Assembly (NCBI GenBank): GCA_032718475.1
Contig: JAUCBJ010001692.1
Coordinates: forward strand, 8-64,007
From: Nemertoderma westbladi
Taxonomy: Eukaryota; Animalia; Xenacoelomorpha
Length of the DNA: 64,000 nucleotides
Direction of reading: 5' to 3'
Shown: piece by piece, positions 1 to 9,130 of the stretch
Numbering within the stretch: the stretch's first letter is position 1
Layout: each line of letters opens with the position of its first letter
The notes under the pieces: generated by a model
What the model saw: the letters and a program-made list of their open reading frames with translations, nothing else
What the model was told of the DNA's origin: nothing
Databases searched by the model: none
Position numbers and translations under genes: made by a program

Positions 1-29
1 TACGCGTCCCTATGGAAACAATCAATAAC

Positions 30-297
30 AATTAACGATCGATCTTATTAATACAGACAGCCGCGCTGAGTCGTTGTTGGGCCGAGTGCTTTATTACTCG
101 CTCGGTGTTCATCATGACGCCATTGGCGGCGTCTCAACAACCACTAACACACCGTCGCAGAGACGAAACGCATCCGTTACTTCGTCGGAGAAGTTCATGT
201 GACCCGGGGTGTCAATCACGTTGAGGAGGTATGACTTGCATTTTGAGTCTTGGGGAAGGAGAGAGACCGGCGTGGATTTAATGCTGACCAAAGTTCC
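30..297 (-). pseudogene. EFTUD2: Decayed fragment of EFTUD2/Snu114 (U5 116 kDa GTPase) G-domain
   Basis: Minus strand reads [50 protein letters not shown], then after a frameshift [33 protein letters not shown]. DTPGHxNFSDEV and NKIDR are the EF-2/Snu114 G3 and G4 motifs; the KSYLxN and VMxNTERxIKH context is Snu114-like. Confidence 0.85.
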
Positions 298-2191
298 TAA
301 AGTTCTTATAAGTTAAGATAAACTAATAAGATGACGATCAATCGATCTATATTAGGGTGGCCCAAAAAAAATGTGGAAATTCCTATGGGTTACACCACCC
401 CCCCCCCAAAAAAAAAAAATGTGTCAAATTGTGAAAAAATAAGCTGTTAAATTTTTTATCAATTTGGTTGAAGTCTACTGCTATCATTGGTAATGTCGCG
501 ATATGGCATTTTGCCACTAGAAACACAATCATTTATTTAGTGGGGGTAGGTGAGACTAAAACTGTAAAATAGAATATTTCTGAGGTGTATGCCATTTTTT
601 TCTCAAATTTTTACAGTATATCACCTTATTATTCAAATTACTTGTATTTTGGGTAATTCGTAGGACCCAAATCTCCAGTAAAAACGTAGCGTCAGCCTTC
701 TCATTAAAATTGTGGAGCACCTCCAGCCAGATCGTCAAGAAGAAGAATGTTACAATTATTGTATTAGGCCTGTGGCCTACAGTACCATATAGGTGAGGTA
801 CTTCTCGCTGTCACTCTGCACTGGCTTAATTCAATTACCGGTATTATAATGTACAGTTATATGTACTCTAGGGTACTACTCTACTGTCTTACTGTTTACA
901 AACATAGTATTCATTCATTGTGTTTATAATCAAATTAAATTGATACACAGTATAATTAGGATCAGGTAAAAACTGCCCAGCACAAATATAAGCGTAAAAT
1001 AGAGTAATTATGTAGTTGAAATTAGACAGTAAAAATAAATGGCGATGCACGATGATTGATAAATGTTGCATATACTAACTAATAAGAATTACCAAATAGG
1101 TCATCCGATATTATATTAACATAGTAGTAAAATGAACTGCGTAAGGCTAGGTCATTTGCATCCTTCCAATGATGAACCGGCTTTGTGTAAGCAGATGTAT
1201 AGTCTAGTACAAAGATATCCGGTAGTAGTGATGGGTTCGGATTTGACAGTGTTCAATAGAGAATAATTAAGACGACTTTCATGCATTCTTAATGGTGTCC
1301 GAACCTCTTTCGCACAAGCCCGAGCTTATTCTGGAAAGTCAGACCATTGATCCCATAACAATCCCTTATGATTTGACAGTCTACAGTAGTAAATCATCGA
1401 TTGAACATGAGTCCACTGAGATGCGGGATGCAAGCTCATATTTCGCATACTGATAATTCAGGAAGTTGAACATCATTGGGAGGGCTGCAACTTGCCTGGC
1501 ATTCTCATATGCGCTACCAAGGCTAATCGGCATTCTATAGTACAAATTGTTTATTGACATACAGTACTAAAGTACTGGTAATTCTATTTTACACATTGTA
1601 GTCTACAGCCTGTCTGTACCTGTCGATATCCGTACCGGTCCCGGTATAAACAATTTAGTTTCATTTTCTTAATGTGTAAGCTGTATGATGAAAAATTAGT
1701 TTAAAAAAATACTTTTTTTACTAAATTTCCACAAAATTAGTTAAAAAAATACTTTTTAAAACTAATTTTCCGGATAATTAATGAAAAAACGTTAAAAAGA
1801 TTAATTAACCCAATTTTAAAAATAATAGAGAGAAAACGAGCTTTTTTCAAATAAAATGTTCTTTTTTTTCAAACTTGTCAACGAATTTTACAAAAAAGTG
1901 ACTTACAAAAAAATAAATAAAGTCTTATTTTATGAACAATGACGTATATAGTTAATATGACAAATAAGATAACATTAAGTTGTCATGAAATTTGCCAAAG
2001 TTTTAAAAAACTTTCTAGAATAAAAAATATTTGTTCTACCAGTCCATTGAATAATTAAAAAGGCCTTCTTCAATAAATAATTATGCTTTACTGCAGTACT
2101 TAGGTATGTAGTCAGCTAACTAAAATAGCTGAAAGGATTAAAAGTGCACTGATAAGCATACAATGCACCAGAAGGCCGATGTCGTCACAGG

Positions 2192-4207
2192 ATGGAACGG
2201 GATAATTATGTGGCATGTATTCGTAGTCTATTTTCAATGCTAAAATTGACATGTGCCTACATAGATGACAATTGTACAGCAAAATTACAAGAAATCCACA
2301 ATAAATTAGAACAACACAACATAAAATATGGAAGGTTGGTAACATATGTAGTAATACAGTGTAATTTACAAGAGATATCAGATACTGCCAGGGATTTAAA
2401 TCTGGAAGAATTACTTAATAAATGGGAGATGCTTTTAAGGAAACAACTTGATATATTGAAGAATCATAGTCCCAGTCCGCAGATACACCACTTGGAAAGT
2501 TTACATAATCTTGACAGTGAACTCGATAAATTTGCTGAAACATGGACAAACGAACTTATAGAAATAACGGCGAGAATTCTAAAAACTAGTCCAGGTGAGC
2601 ACCGCCGCTGGGTAAACAGTTCAGATGGGGCGTGGGTTCTTGCAACAGTACAAAGTCATCCGGCCTCCATACTTGAGCCATTCCCGAACAGTATGCAAGC
2701 AGAAGTACCGCATGTCACCTTACCAATAATAAACACTCAGATTAGGCAACAGCAAATGGTTCAAACTCAACCTATGCAACAGGGAACACTTCAAACTCAA
2801 CCTATGCAACAGGGAACACTTCAACCTAGGCAACAGGGAGCATTTCAAACTCAACCTATGCAACAGGGAACACTTCAAACTCAACCTATGCAACAGGGAA
2901 CACTTCAACCTAGGCAACAGGGAGCATTTCAAACTCAACCTATGCAACAGGGAACACTTCAACCTAGGCAACAGGGAGCATTTCAACCTATGCAACTGGG
3001 AGCACTTCAAACTATGCAACAGAGAGCATTTCAACCTATGCAACTGGGAGCACTTCAAACTATGCAACAGAGAGCAATTCAACCTATGCAACTGGTAGCA
3101 CTTCAACCTAGGCAACAGGGAGCACTTCAACCTAGGCAACTGGTAGCATTTCAACCGAGGCAACTGGGTGCACCTCATACTCAGCAGTTACCCCCAATAT
3201 GCACAAATACTGGTATGGTAGGATTGGATCATATTTCGTTAGGAACTTCTTGTGAAGAACAAGGGGCTAGGCCAAAGCATACACATGTGCCAACACATTT
3301 ACCAACTTATTCGGGAGAGAGAGACCTATTACAAGAAAACATAACATTTTTTGGTCGGTGTGTAAATAAGTTTAATGAACGATTTGCTTACATTGAACCT
3401 AATGTCAAACACGCAGATTTAACACAACCTCTGTACTTCGCAAAAAACAGAGTACATATTGGTAATCATGGATTAATACCGGAAGCAAACACACAGCTTT
3501 TATTCCAGTTTAAATATACTATTTCTGGAGCACGATGGGTCTCATGTGTTACATTAAAGGATGACTACACATGTAGTGCATCTCGAATGATTAATATGAA
3601 TAAAGAAGCTGTTGACATAAATGGAACGGTTCAAGGACCATTGGATGACGAGATTATAGCTGATAATACAACATATACCGGGCTAGTGCAGTTAATTAAG
3701 AAAGGTGATGTTGGTTTTTGGAATACTATTCCGGTAGTAGATGACATGGAACTCTGTGCCTGTTATCGTAAGAACACTTATTGCAGTAACGTCCATATTA
3801 ATGGACATAAGGATGAGAGAGTGGTGGACCAACAACTTGTTAAATTTCAGATGAATTCTCAAAATGGATACGACAGAGTTACAGTGGCTACGGTTGCAGG
3901 TGACTTTAAATGCAGAGCAGCACGGAAGATAAACAGGAACCTAAATTATATTGAAGAAGTAAATCTAGGACACACAGAAGATGCCTATAAGTTGTTCGCT
4001 AATAAACTATATACTGGCAGATTCAATTACTCTTCATTCAATGGTAGACCAGATTATTTTGGATATATTTCTCCAATAATTGATGGGAAAGAACTGTGTA
4101 GATGTTACGGAGTATGGGTTTGTCGTGGCAAGACAATTATTGACAATATGACATATATGGAAAATAAAACTGTTGAATTTTACTTCCAATATGACCGAAA
4201 TAAATAA
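2192..4207 (+). CDS. 671-aa protein: helical N-terminus, Gln-rich tandem repeat, three putative cold-shock/OB-fold-like repeats
   Basis: Uninterrupted 2-kb ORF in AT-rich DNA. Three repeats of about 110 aa start near 3341, 3668 and 4004 (FFGRC..FAYIEP; YTGLV..VGFW; YTGRF..FGYISP). The fold is inferred from the pattern only. Confidence 0.6.
   Translation: MERDNYVACIRSLFSMLKLTCAYIDDNCTAKLQEIHNKLEQHNIKYGRLVTYVVIQCNLQEISDTARDLNLEELLNKWEMLLRKQLDILKNHSPSPQIHHLESLHNLDSELDKFAETWTNELIEITARILKTSPGEHRRWVNSSDGAWVLATVQSHPASILEPFPNSMQAEVPHVTLPIINTQIRQQQMVQTQPMQQGTLQTQPMQQGTLQPRQQGAFQTQPMQQGTLQTQPMQQGTLQPRQQGAFQTQPMQQGTLQPRQQGAFQPMQLGALQTMQQRAFQPMQLGALQTMQQRAIQPMQLVALQPRQQGALQPRQLVAFQPRQLGAPHTQQLPPICTNTGMVGLDHISLGTSCEEQGARPKHTHVPTHLPTYSGERDLLQENITFFGRCVNKFNERFAYIEPNVKHADLTQPLYFAKNRVHIGNHGLIPEANTQLLFQFKYTISGARWVSCVTLKDDYTCSASRMINMNKEAVDINGTVQGPLDDEIIADNTTYTGLVQLIKKGDVGFWNTIPVVDDMELCACYRKNTYCSNVHINGHKDERVVDQQLVKFQMNSQNGYDRVTVATVAGDFKCRAARKINRNLNYIEEVNLGHTEDAYKLFANKLYTGRFNYSSFNGRPDYFGYISPIIDGKELCRCYGVWVCRGKTIIDNMTYMENKTVEFYFQYDRNK
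2760..3175 (+). repeat. Coding minisatellite of 30-bp and 24-bp units (QTQPMQQGTL / QPRQQGAF)
   Basis: Units TTCAAACTCAACCTATGCAACAGGGAACAC and TTCAACCTAGGCAACAGGGAGCAT, both frame-preserving. Confidence 0.95.
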
Positions 4208-4351
4208 ACTAAGGTTTGCACCACGGATGGAGGTCATTTAAATAGATTATGTTAAGAGATAAAAGCCTATGAGCACGAAATAGTGTAATCGTCGTTTTCT
4301 TAAGATATTTCAATTATAATAGGTCTGTTAACAACGGACTCATGACCCGCC

Positions 4352-4400
4352 CTGGTACACTGATGAGGCCTGTTAGGCCTAAACGTGCGTATAGCGCTGG
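4352..4400 (+). ncRNA. Degenerate minimal type I hammerhead ribozyme motif (Penelope/retrozyme-like)
   Basis: CTGATGA (4360), then stem II GGCC-TGTTA-GGCC, then TAAA in place of GAAA, then short stem III C-GTGC-G with a GTA triplet. Confidence 0.6.
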
Positions 4401-4891
4401 TTCAACCCCCGGTGACGCGCTTTCTCATTTTTTCCTCTTCTGAACAAACCCATAATATTACAGCTTTAGTGAATTTCGAATTAATTGACTTAAATTGAAA
4501 GAATTAATTGACATTCGTAGATTGATATTCGCTGATATGAGTTTGCAGAAATTTGATCTAAGTGAATTCAACTATGACACAAAAAATGGAATAACTATTC
4601 CGTATTTACTCGAATAAGAGCCCCCCCCCCCCCCCCCCCCGCCCTCGAATAAACTCCCCCTCGAATTAACGCCCCCTTTACCATCCAATTATACAGTAGC
4701 AACTTAAACGACTTCTCCGAATAAACGCCCTGCCGTTTAAAAATATTACAATGTGGGGCGTTAACATTGTTGAGAGTTTACTGATTGTTAAGATTGAAGG
4801 TAAATGTAGTAGGGTGTTGGTACCGCAGTAATAGGCTGTGTGTAATAAAGATAATCCTGGTTTTATTTCAATTATTTCATTTGTTTAATGG

Positions 4892-5945
4892 TAATAATAA
4901 TAATAAAATTTTTATATAGCGCTAAATTTACGTCTATAGTACACTAAAGCGCCTAGGACTAAGTACAGAAAATGTAAGCTTTAAAAAAAGTGTTAATTAA
5001 AATGAGCTTAAAATGGTGAAAAGTGGCATATGAATCAGTCAGTTTAAAAATTACTTATTAAAGGCTTCCCTAAAAGGATGAGTCTTAATATCCGTTTTAA
5101 ATTTCAATGTGTTCCCTTCTGGAAAGCGTAGTCGTGGACGACCGGCCATAACATATATAGATCAACTTGAAAGGGATACTGAACTTGGGAGAAACGAAAT
5201 TGCGACAACTATGGAGAATCGGGAAGCCTGGAAGGATCTCATTTCCACTGCCCGAGTTCGCTCGACCTAGTAGTAGTAGTCCCTTCTGATCGCAACTCGT
5301 GAAGGAGTTTATTCCATAGAGTTGGTGCGGCGACTCTGTAGGCCCGACGTCCGTATGATGCACACTTGTAATGGGGTGTAATGAGCTTTGGTGCTGTTTG
5401 GCTCTGTCTCCGTATGTTGTATCTATTATTTAGTGCAATGTGAAGCATTTTCTTTACATATTCAGGGCCATTACCAATGAGAATCTTGTGTGTTATCAGA
5501 AGAATTTTGTACTGCACTCTGTGTGTAACAGGAAACCAGTGTAATTCTTCTAGAACTGGAGTTATGTGGTCGTATTTGTGGATCGATCGTAGCAGAGTCG
5601 GGCAGCAGGGTTTTGGACTAACTGCAGCTTATTTAGGTGTTTTTTAGCGATTCCAAAGAGCAAGCTGTTGCAGTAATCAATTCTACTAGTTACGAAGGAG
5701 TGAACTAGAGTCTTCATTGCGGTTTAAGAAAGAAATCTTCTGATCTGACTGATTATGGTTGTGGATGTGGTAGAAGGCCGTTTTGCAAGTTTTGGAAATA
5801 AAGTTTCCTATAGTCATGTTGTTGTCGAACCACACACCCAAATTCTTGACTGCCTTCGCAAGTTTGATCCTGAACTTCCCCCATTGATTAATTTCACTTT
5901 ACTGAGTTGCTGTAACAATAATCTTGATAATCTTGGTGCGTATAA
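4892..5945 (-). mobile_element. 5'-truncated L2-clade LINE (3' end of ORF2 and tail)
   Basis: [51 protein letters not shown]; ends in GCGCTATATAAA...(ATT)n. Confidence 0.85.
5122..5279 (+). mobile_element. Short 3' fragment of an RTE-clade LINE inserted in the L2
   Basis: GKRSRGRPAITYIDQLERDT..MENREAWK followed by a (TAG)n tail; flanked by direct repeat TCCCTTCTG (5113-5121, 5280-5288). The L2 frame rejoins across it. Confidence 0.8.
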
Positions 5946-6134
5946 ATATACAACATAATAATGTCCAATTAGTGCAATTAGTAACAAATATACAGTATGT
6001 ATAGTGTATACTGTATATAAGGTGCATTAATGTAGCTGCAGACTGCTACCGGTACCGGCAGCAGTAGTTACATAGGAACAACTCTCTGTGTGTGCTGTAA
6101 CTTATGTTTTTTCTGTTGTAAACCATATACCGGA

Positions 6135-6169
6135 CAGCTAGAAAAAGGCCTGTGGCCGAAATATTGCTG
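6135..6169 (+). ncRNA. Hammerhead-like motif variant, probable Penelope-like element terminus
   Basis: CAGC-TAGAAAAA-GGCC-TGT-GGCC-GAAA-TATT-GCTG: stem I, stem II and GAAA are present but the CUGANGA box is non-canonical. Confidence 0.4.
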
Positions 6170-8339
6170 GAATACTCAACTTAATTATTCTCAGTGGGTC
6201 ACTAGTAAAAAGATCTTCACACCCGTCTACTATATCAAATCTTGATTTTTGGTCGCTGAGCTTTCATTTAATCGGACATGTTGACATCTATTGGTGAGGA
6301 AGGATTTGAAACAATTAACTTGTTTTCTTGAATTTAACAACATTCTTTATTAGGGTATTTAAATTCAAAATGCTGAAAATCTAGAACATAAGCATAAACC
6401 CCCCCACTCGAACTACACAATTTGGAACTTATACGCCTTTCCTGTATCAACGCCCCCCTCAAATAAATGCCTCCCCAATTTGCAATTTATAAACTTAAAC
6501 GTCCATCCTCTTATTCGAATAAATACGGTAATTAAGATATTTAATACTGTATGATGACTGAAGTGATTGTTTGAACAGACATTAATTTAATGCAATAATT
6601 TTTCTCATCCGTTTAAATCACCCATAATGTCCTTTTATTTTTACTTTTTATGTCCGCCGGTAATTTACGGTTAGGTTCCATGCTACTGGTTTCTCTACTG
6701 CTGTTCTCTTTAGGATCCATCAGTACTGGTATTAGTATATCTGTATTTTGCAGTATTGCTGTATTGTATGTAGGTATAAAGCCTATGCCTTAAAAATAAA
6801 TATACTGTATACTACATTACAGCATTAGGTACTGACTCACTGATTCTGTGATATGTACTGTTGTAAATATGATAGGCCTAAATTGTGATAAAGGAATATG
6901 ATAAAGGTAATATATTAACTACGGTAATTTCAGAATTTTACTACCGGCACCAGTACTGCTGTAGGCCTACTCGCCGGACTGGGTAAAAAACTTGCCTACT
7001 CACCAGTATGTAAGCCACGACTTCCGGATCTAATCCCGGCATTCGCGTTACCCTAGGGTATCACCTACGCTATCTCTCCCAGCATGGCCTATAGTATGTT
7101 CACTATGACCTAAAGTATGTGGTATGTCCTGCAGTCTGAATGTGGTCCTCTGTACCGAAGTTTAATCTTCTCGAATATTCTGAGAACTCCTCCCCGCGAC
7201 TACCATATCGTCGTTCAGCAGTTACTGCATTAACCCCCTCAACCGGGTATACATATCATCCTGCATTCTTTTACCGACTCTCTCTCTCTCTCGGTCCTCT
7301 CTAATACTCCGATCAGCTAACTCTGCTCTTTTCTTGCATCTTGTTCTTTACGCTCGTTCACTTATCTTGCCTCTCGTTCTTTATGCTCATTCACTTCCCT
7401 CGCAACCCTTTCTCTATACTCGTCTGCTTCGGAAGCAGGACAATTCGGTCCGGGCAATTCGGTCCGGACAATTCGGTCCCGGACAATTCGGTCCCGGACA
7501 ATTCGGTCCCGAACAATTCGGTCCCGGACAATTCGGTCCCATTAATTTTGTGTTTTGGGACCGAATTGTCCGGGACCAAATTTAATCGGTACTATAAATG
7601 GTGAATGTTCTAGAACCTTAATATATATTATTATATGGTTGCTAGTGTTTTTTTTTACTAGCTAGTATTTTTTTGAAAATAAAAAAAATTTTACTTTTTT
7701 TGTTAACATTATTAGTTATGGTAGCTATGGTGTTTTTATGGAGCTTGTGAATTATTTACTAGCTAGGAATAGTATGTATGTAAAATGTTTAAAACTGATT
7801 TTTTTTATATATTGCGTATGTATACTGTATGTCGTGGGGCGGGTGGTAAAACGTCCTAACTTTTTACTTATGGTGGTAAGTTGTCCTAAGTCAAACAAAA
7901 CTAATTACGTAAGTGAAACATAGGACGTTTTGTCAAGTTTAATGTCCGCCCACCAGGAAGTATCCATTACTATTAATAGGTAGTATTTGTTGCTGAGAGG
8001 CATTAGTGATTCCGGAAAGACCAATGTCGCGTCACACTAATAATATTATGAGATTTTTAACCTAAAATATCCAATACAATAATTTAATTTTACATTCAGG
8101 AAAAGTCTGACGGTGGCAATTGTATAGTACTTACCGGTGTCCCAGTTGAAATTGCCCAAATGTAATATATGCATCAACCCCGGTCATAATCGCCTTGGGC
8201 ATTATGCCCCCTCCACTGGGCATAATCGTCTCTAGTCCGTAGTGCCCCCTATGGGCAAAATCTTCTAAGGCGAATTTGCCACATAACTACTACTATTAAT
8301 CGGCCTACTGCATTGAATCTGCACATTTCGAAACATTTT

Positions 8340-8700
8340 GTCACCACCATGCAATTAACAATTGGCAAACCCAATGCAGAGTGCATTAAGAATGCTACGC
8401 CGATTATTCGATATACGATGCGATGCGAGATTATCGGCATCCTCAAGGCCAGTGTGTTTCCTTTGAGATTCATCTCGCGAAAGCCATGGTCTGTCCACCA
8501 TGCTTATTTTCTCCACGAGGCCACCAAAGCACAAGTTTGCGCACAGGATGTTCCTCACGCTGTAAGCAATGTCCTATAATGTGGAGGCGGCGCCGTTGAA
8601 TTGTCAAGCTAGGGGAGAGTAATGAGACACCTCCAACGTTATATAAGTGTCTGATTGGATATCTGTGCATTGTATTTGATTCCGAATGTGATATGGATAC
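8340..8700 (-). mobile_element. Degenerate RTE-like LINE 3' fragment
   Basis: LYNVGGV..TIQRRRLHIIGHCLQREEHPVRKLVLWWP resembles the RRL..GH..R..W.P C-terminal motif of RTE ORFs. Confidence 0.6.
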
Positions 8701-8769
8701 TATGTAGCTTTTAAATATTTTTATCTTTTAAATAGCCTACTTGGTAACCTGTTTCTTTCCTTCAATATA

Positions 8770-9130
8770 ATTTGATCGTTTATTGTTTTGGTTAGAAAAG
8801 CGTGCCCCTGTAACCTGCTCATTTGCATGTATTGTTAATGAGATCTTATATAGTTTTGATTATAAAAGGCTGCCCCTGTAACCTGTCATTTCATGTATTG
8901 TTAACGAGATTGTTTATTGTTTTGGTTAGAAAAGACAGTCCCTCTAACCTGCGCGTTCATTTCCTTGAATTGGTAAAAAGTTTTGGTTTGCATTGGTTAG
9001 TTACTGAAAACTCCTGTATTGTATTGTTAACGAGATTGTTTATTGTTTTGGTTAGAAAAGACAGTCTCTCTAACCTGCGCGTTCATTTCCTTGAATTGGT
9101 AACAAGTTTTGGTTTGCATTGGTTAATAAC
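8770..9130 (+). repeat. Tandem repeat of about 125 bp plus partial units
   Basis: TGTATTGTTAACGAGATTGTTTATTGTTTTGGTTAGAAAAGACAGTC... occurs at about 8894 and 9020, with shorter variants upstream. Confidence 0.8.

Larger units (their letters stand above)
4600..6528. mobile_element. Non-autonomous Tc1/mariner-pogo-type DNA element, containing LINE insertions
   Basis: 21-bp TIRs CCGTATTTACTCGAATAAGAG (4600-4620) and CTCTTATTCGAATAAATACGG (6508-6528), 1 mismatch; TA at the right flank. Confidence 0.75.

Noticed and set aside
61-275. GC-rich stretch that folds into several hairpins, suggesting an ncRNA
   Set aside because: Explained by the minus-strand EFTUD2 coding fragment.
1130-1540. Short imperfect inverted repeats and coding-like composition
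   Set aside because: No recognisable protein in the frames tried and no convincing RNA family or TSD.
7334-7604. ORFs with GQFGP / DNSVP repeats
   Set aside because: Translation of the 15-bp subterminal DNA array, not a gene.
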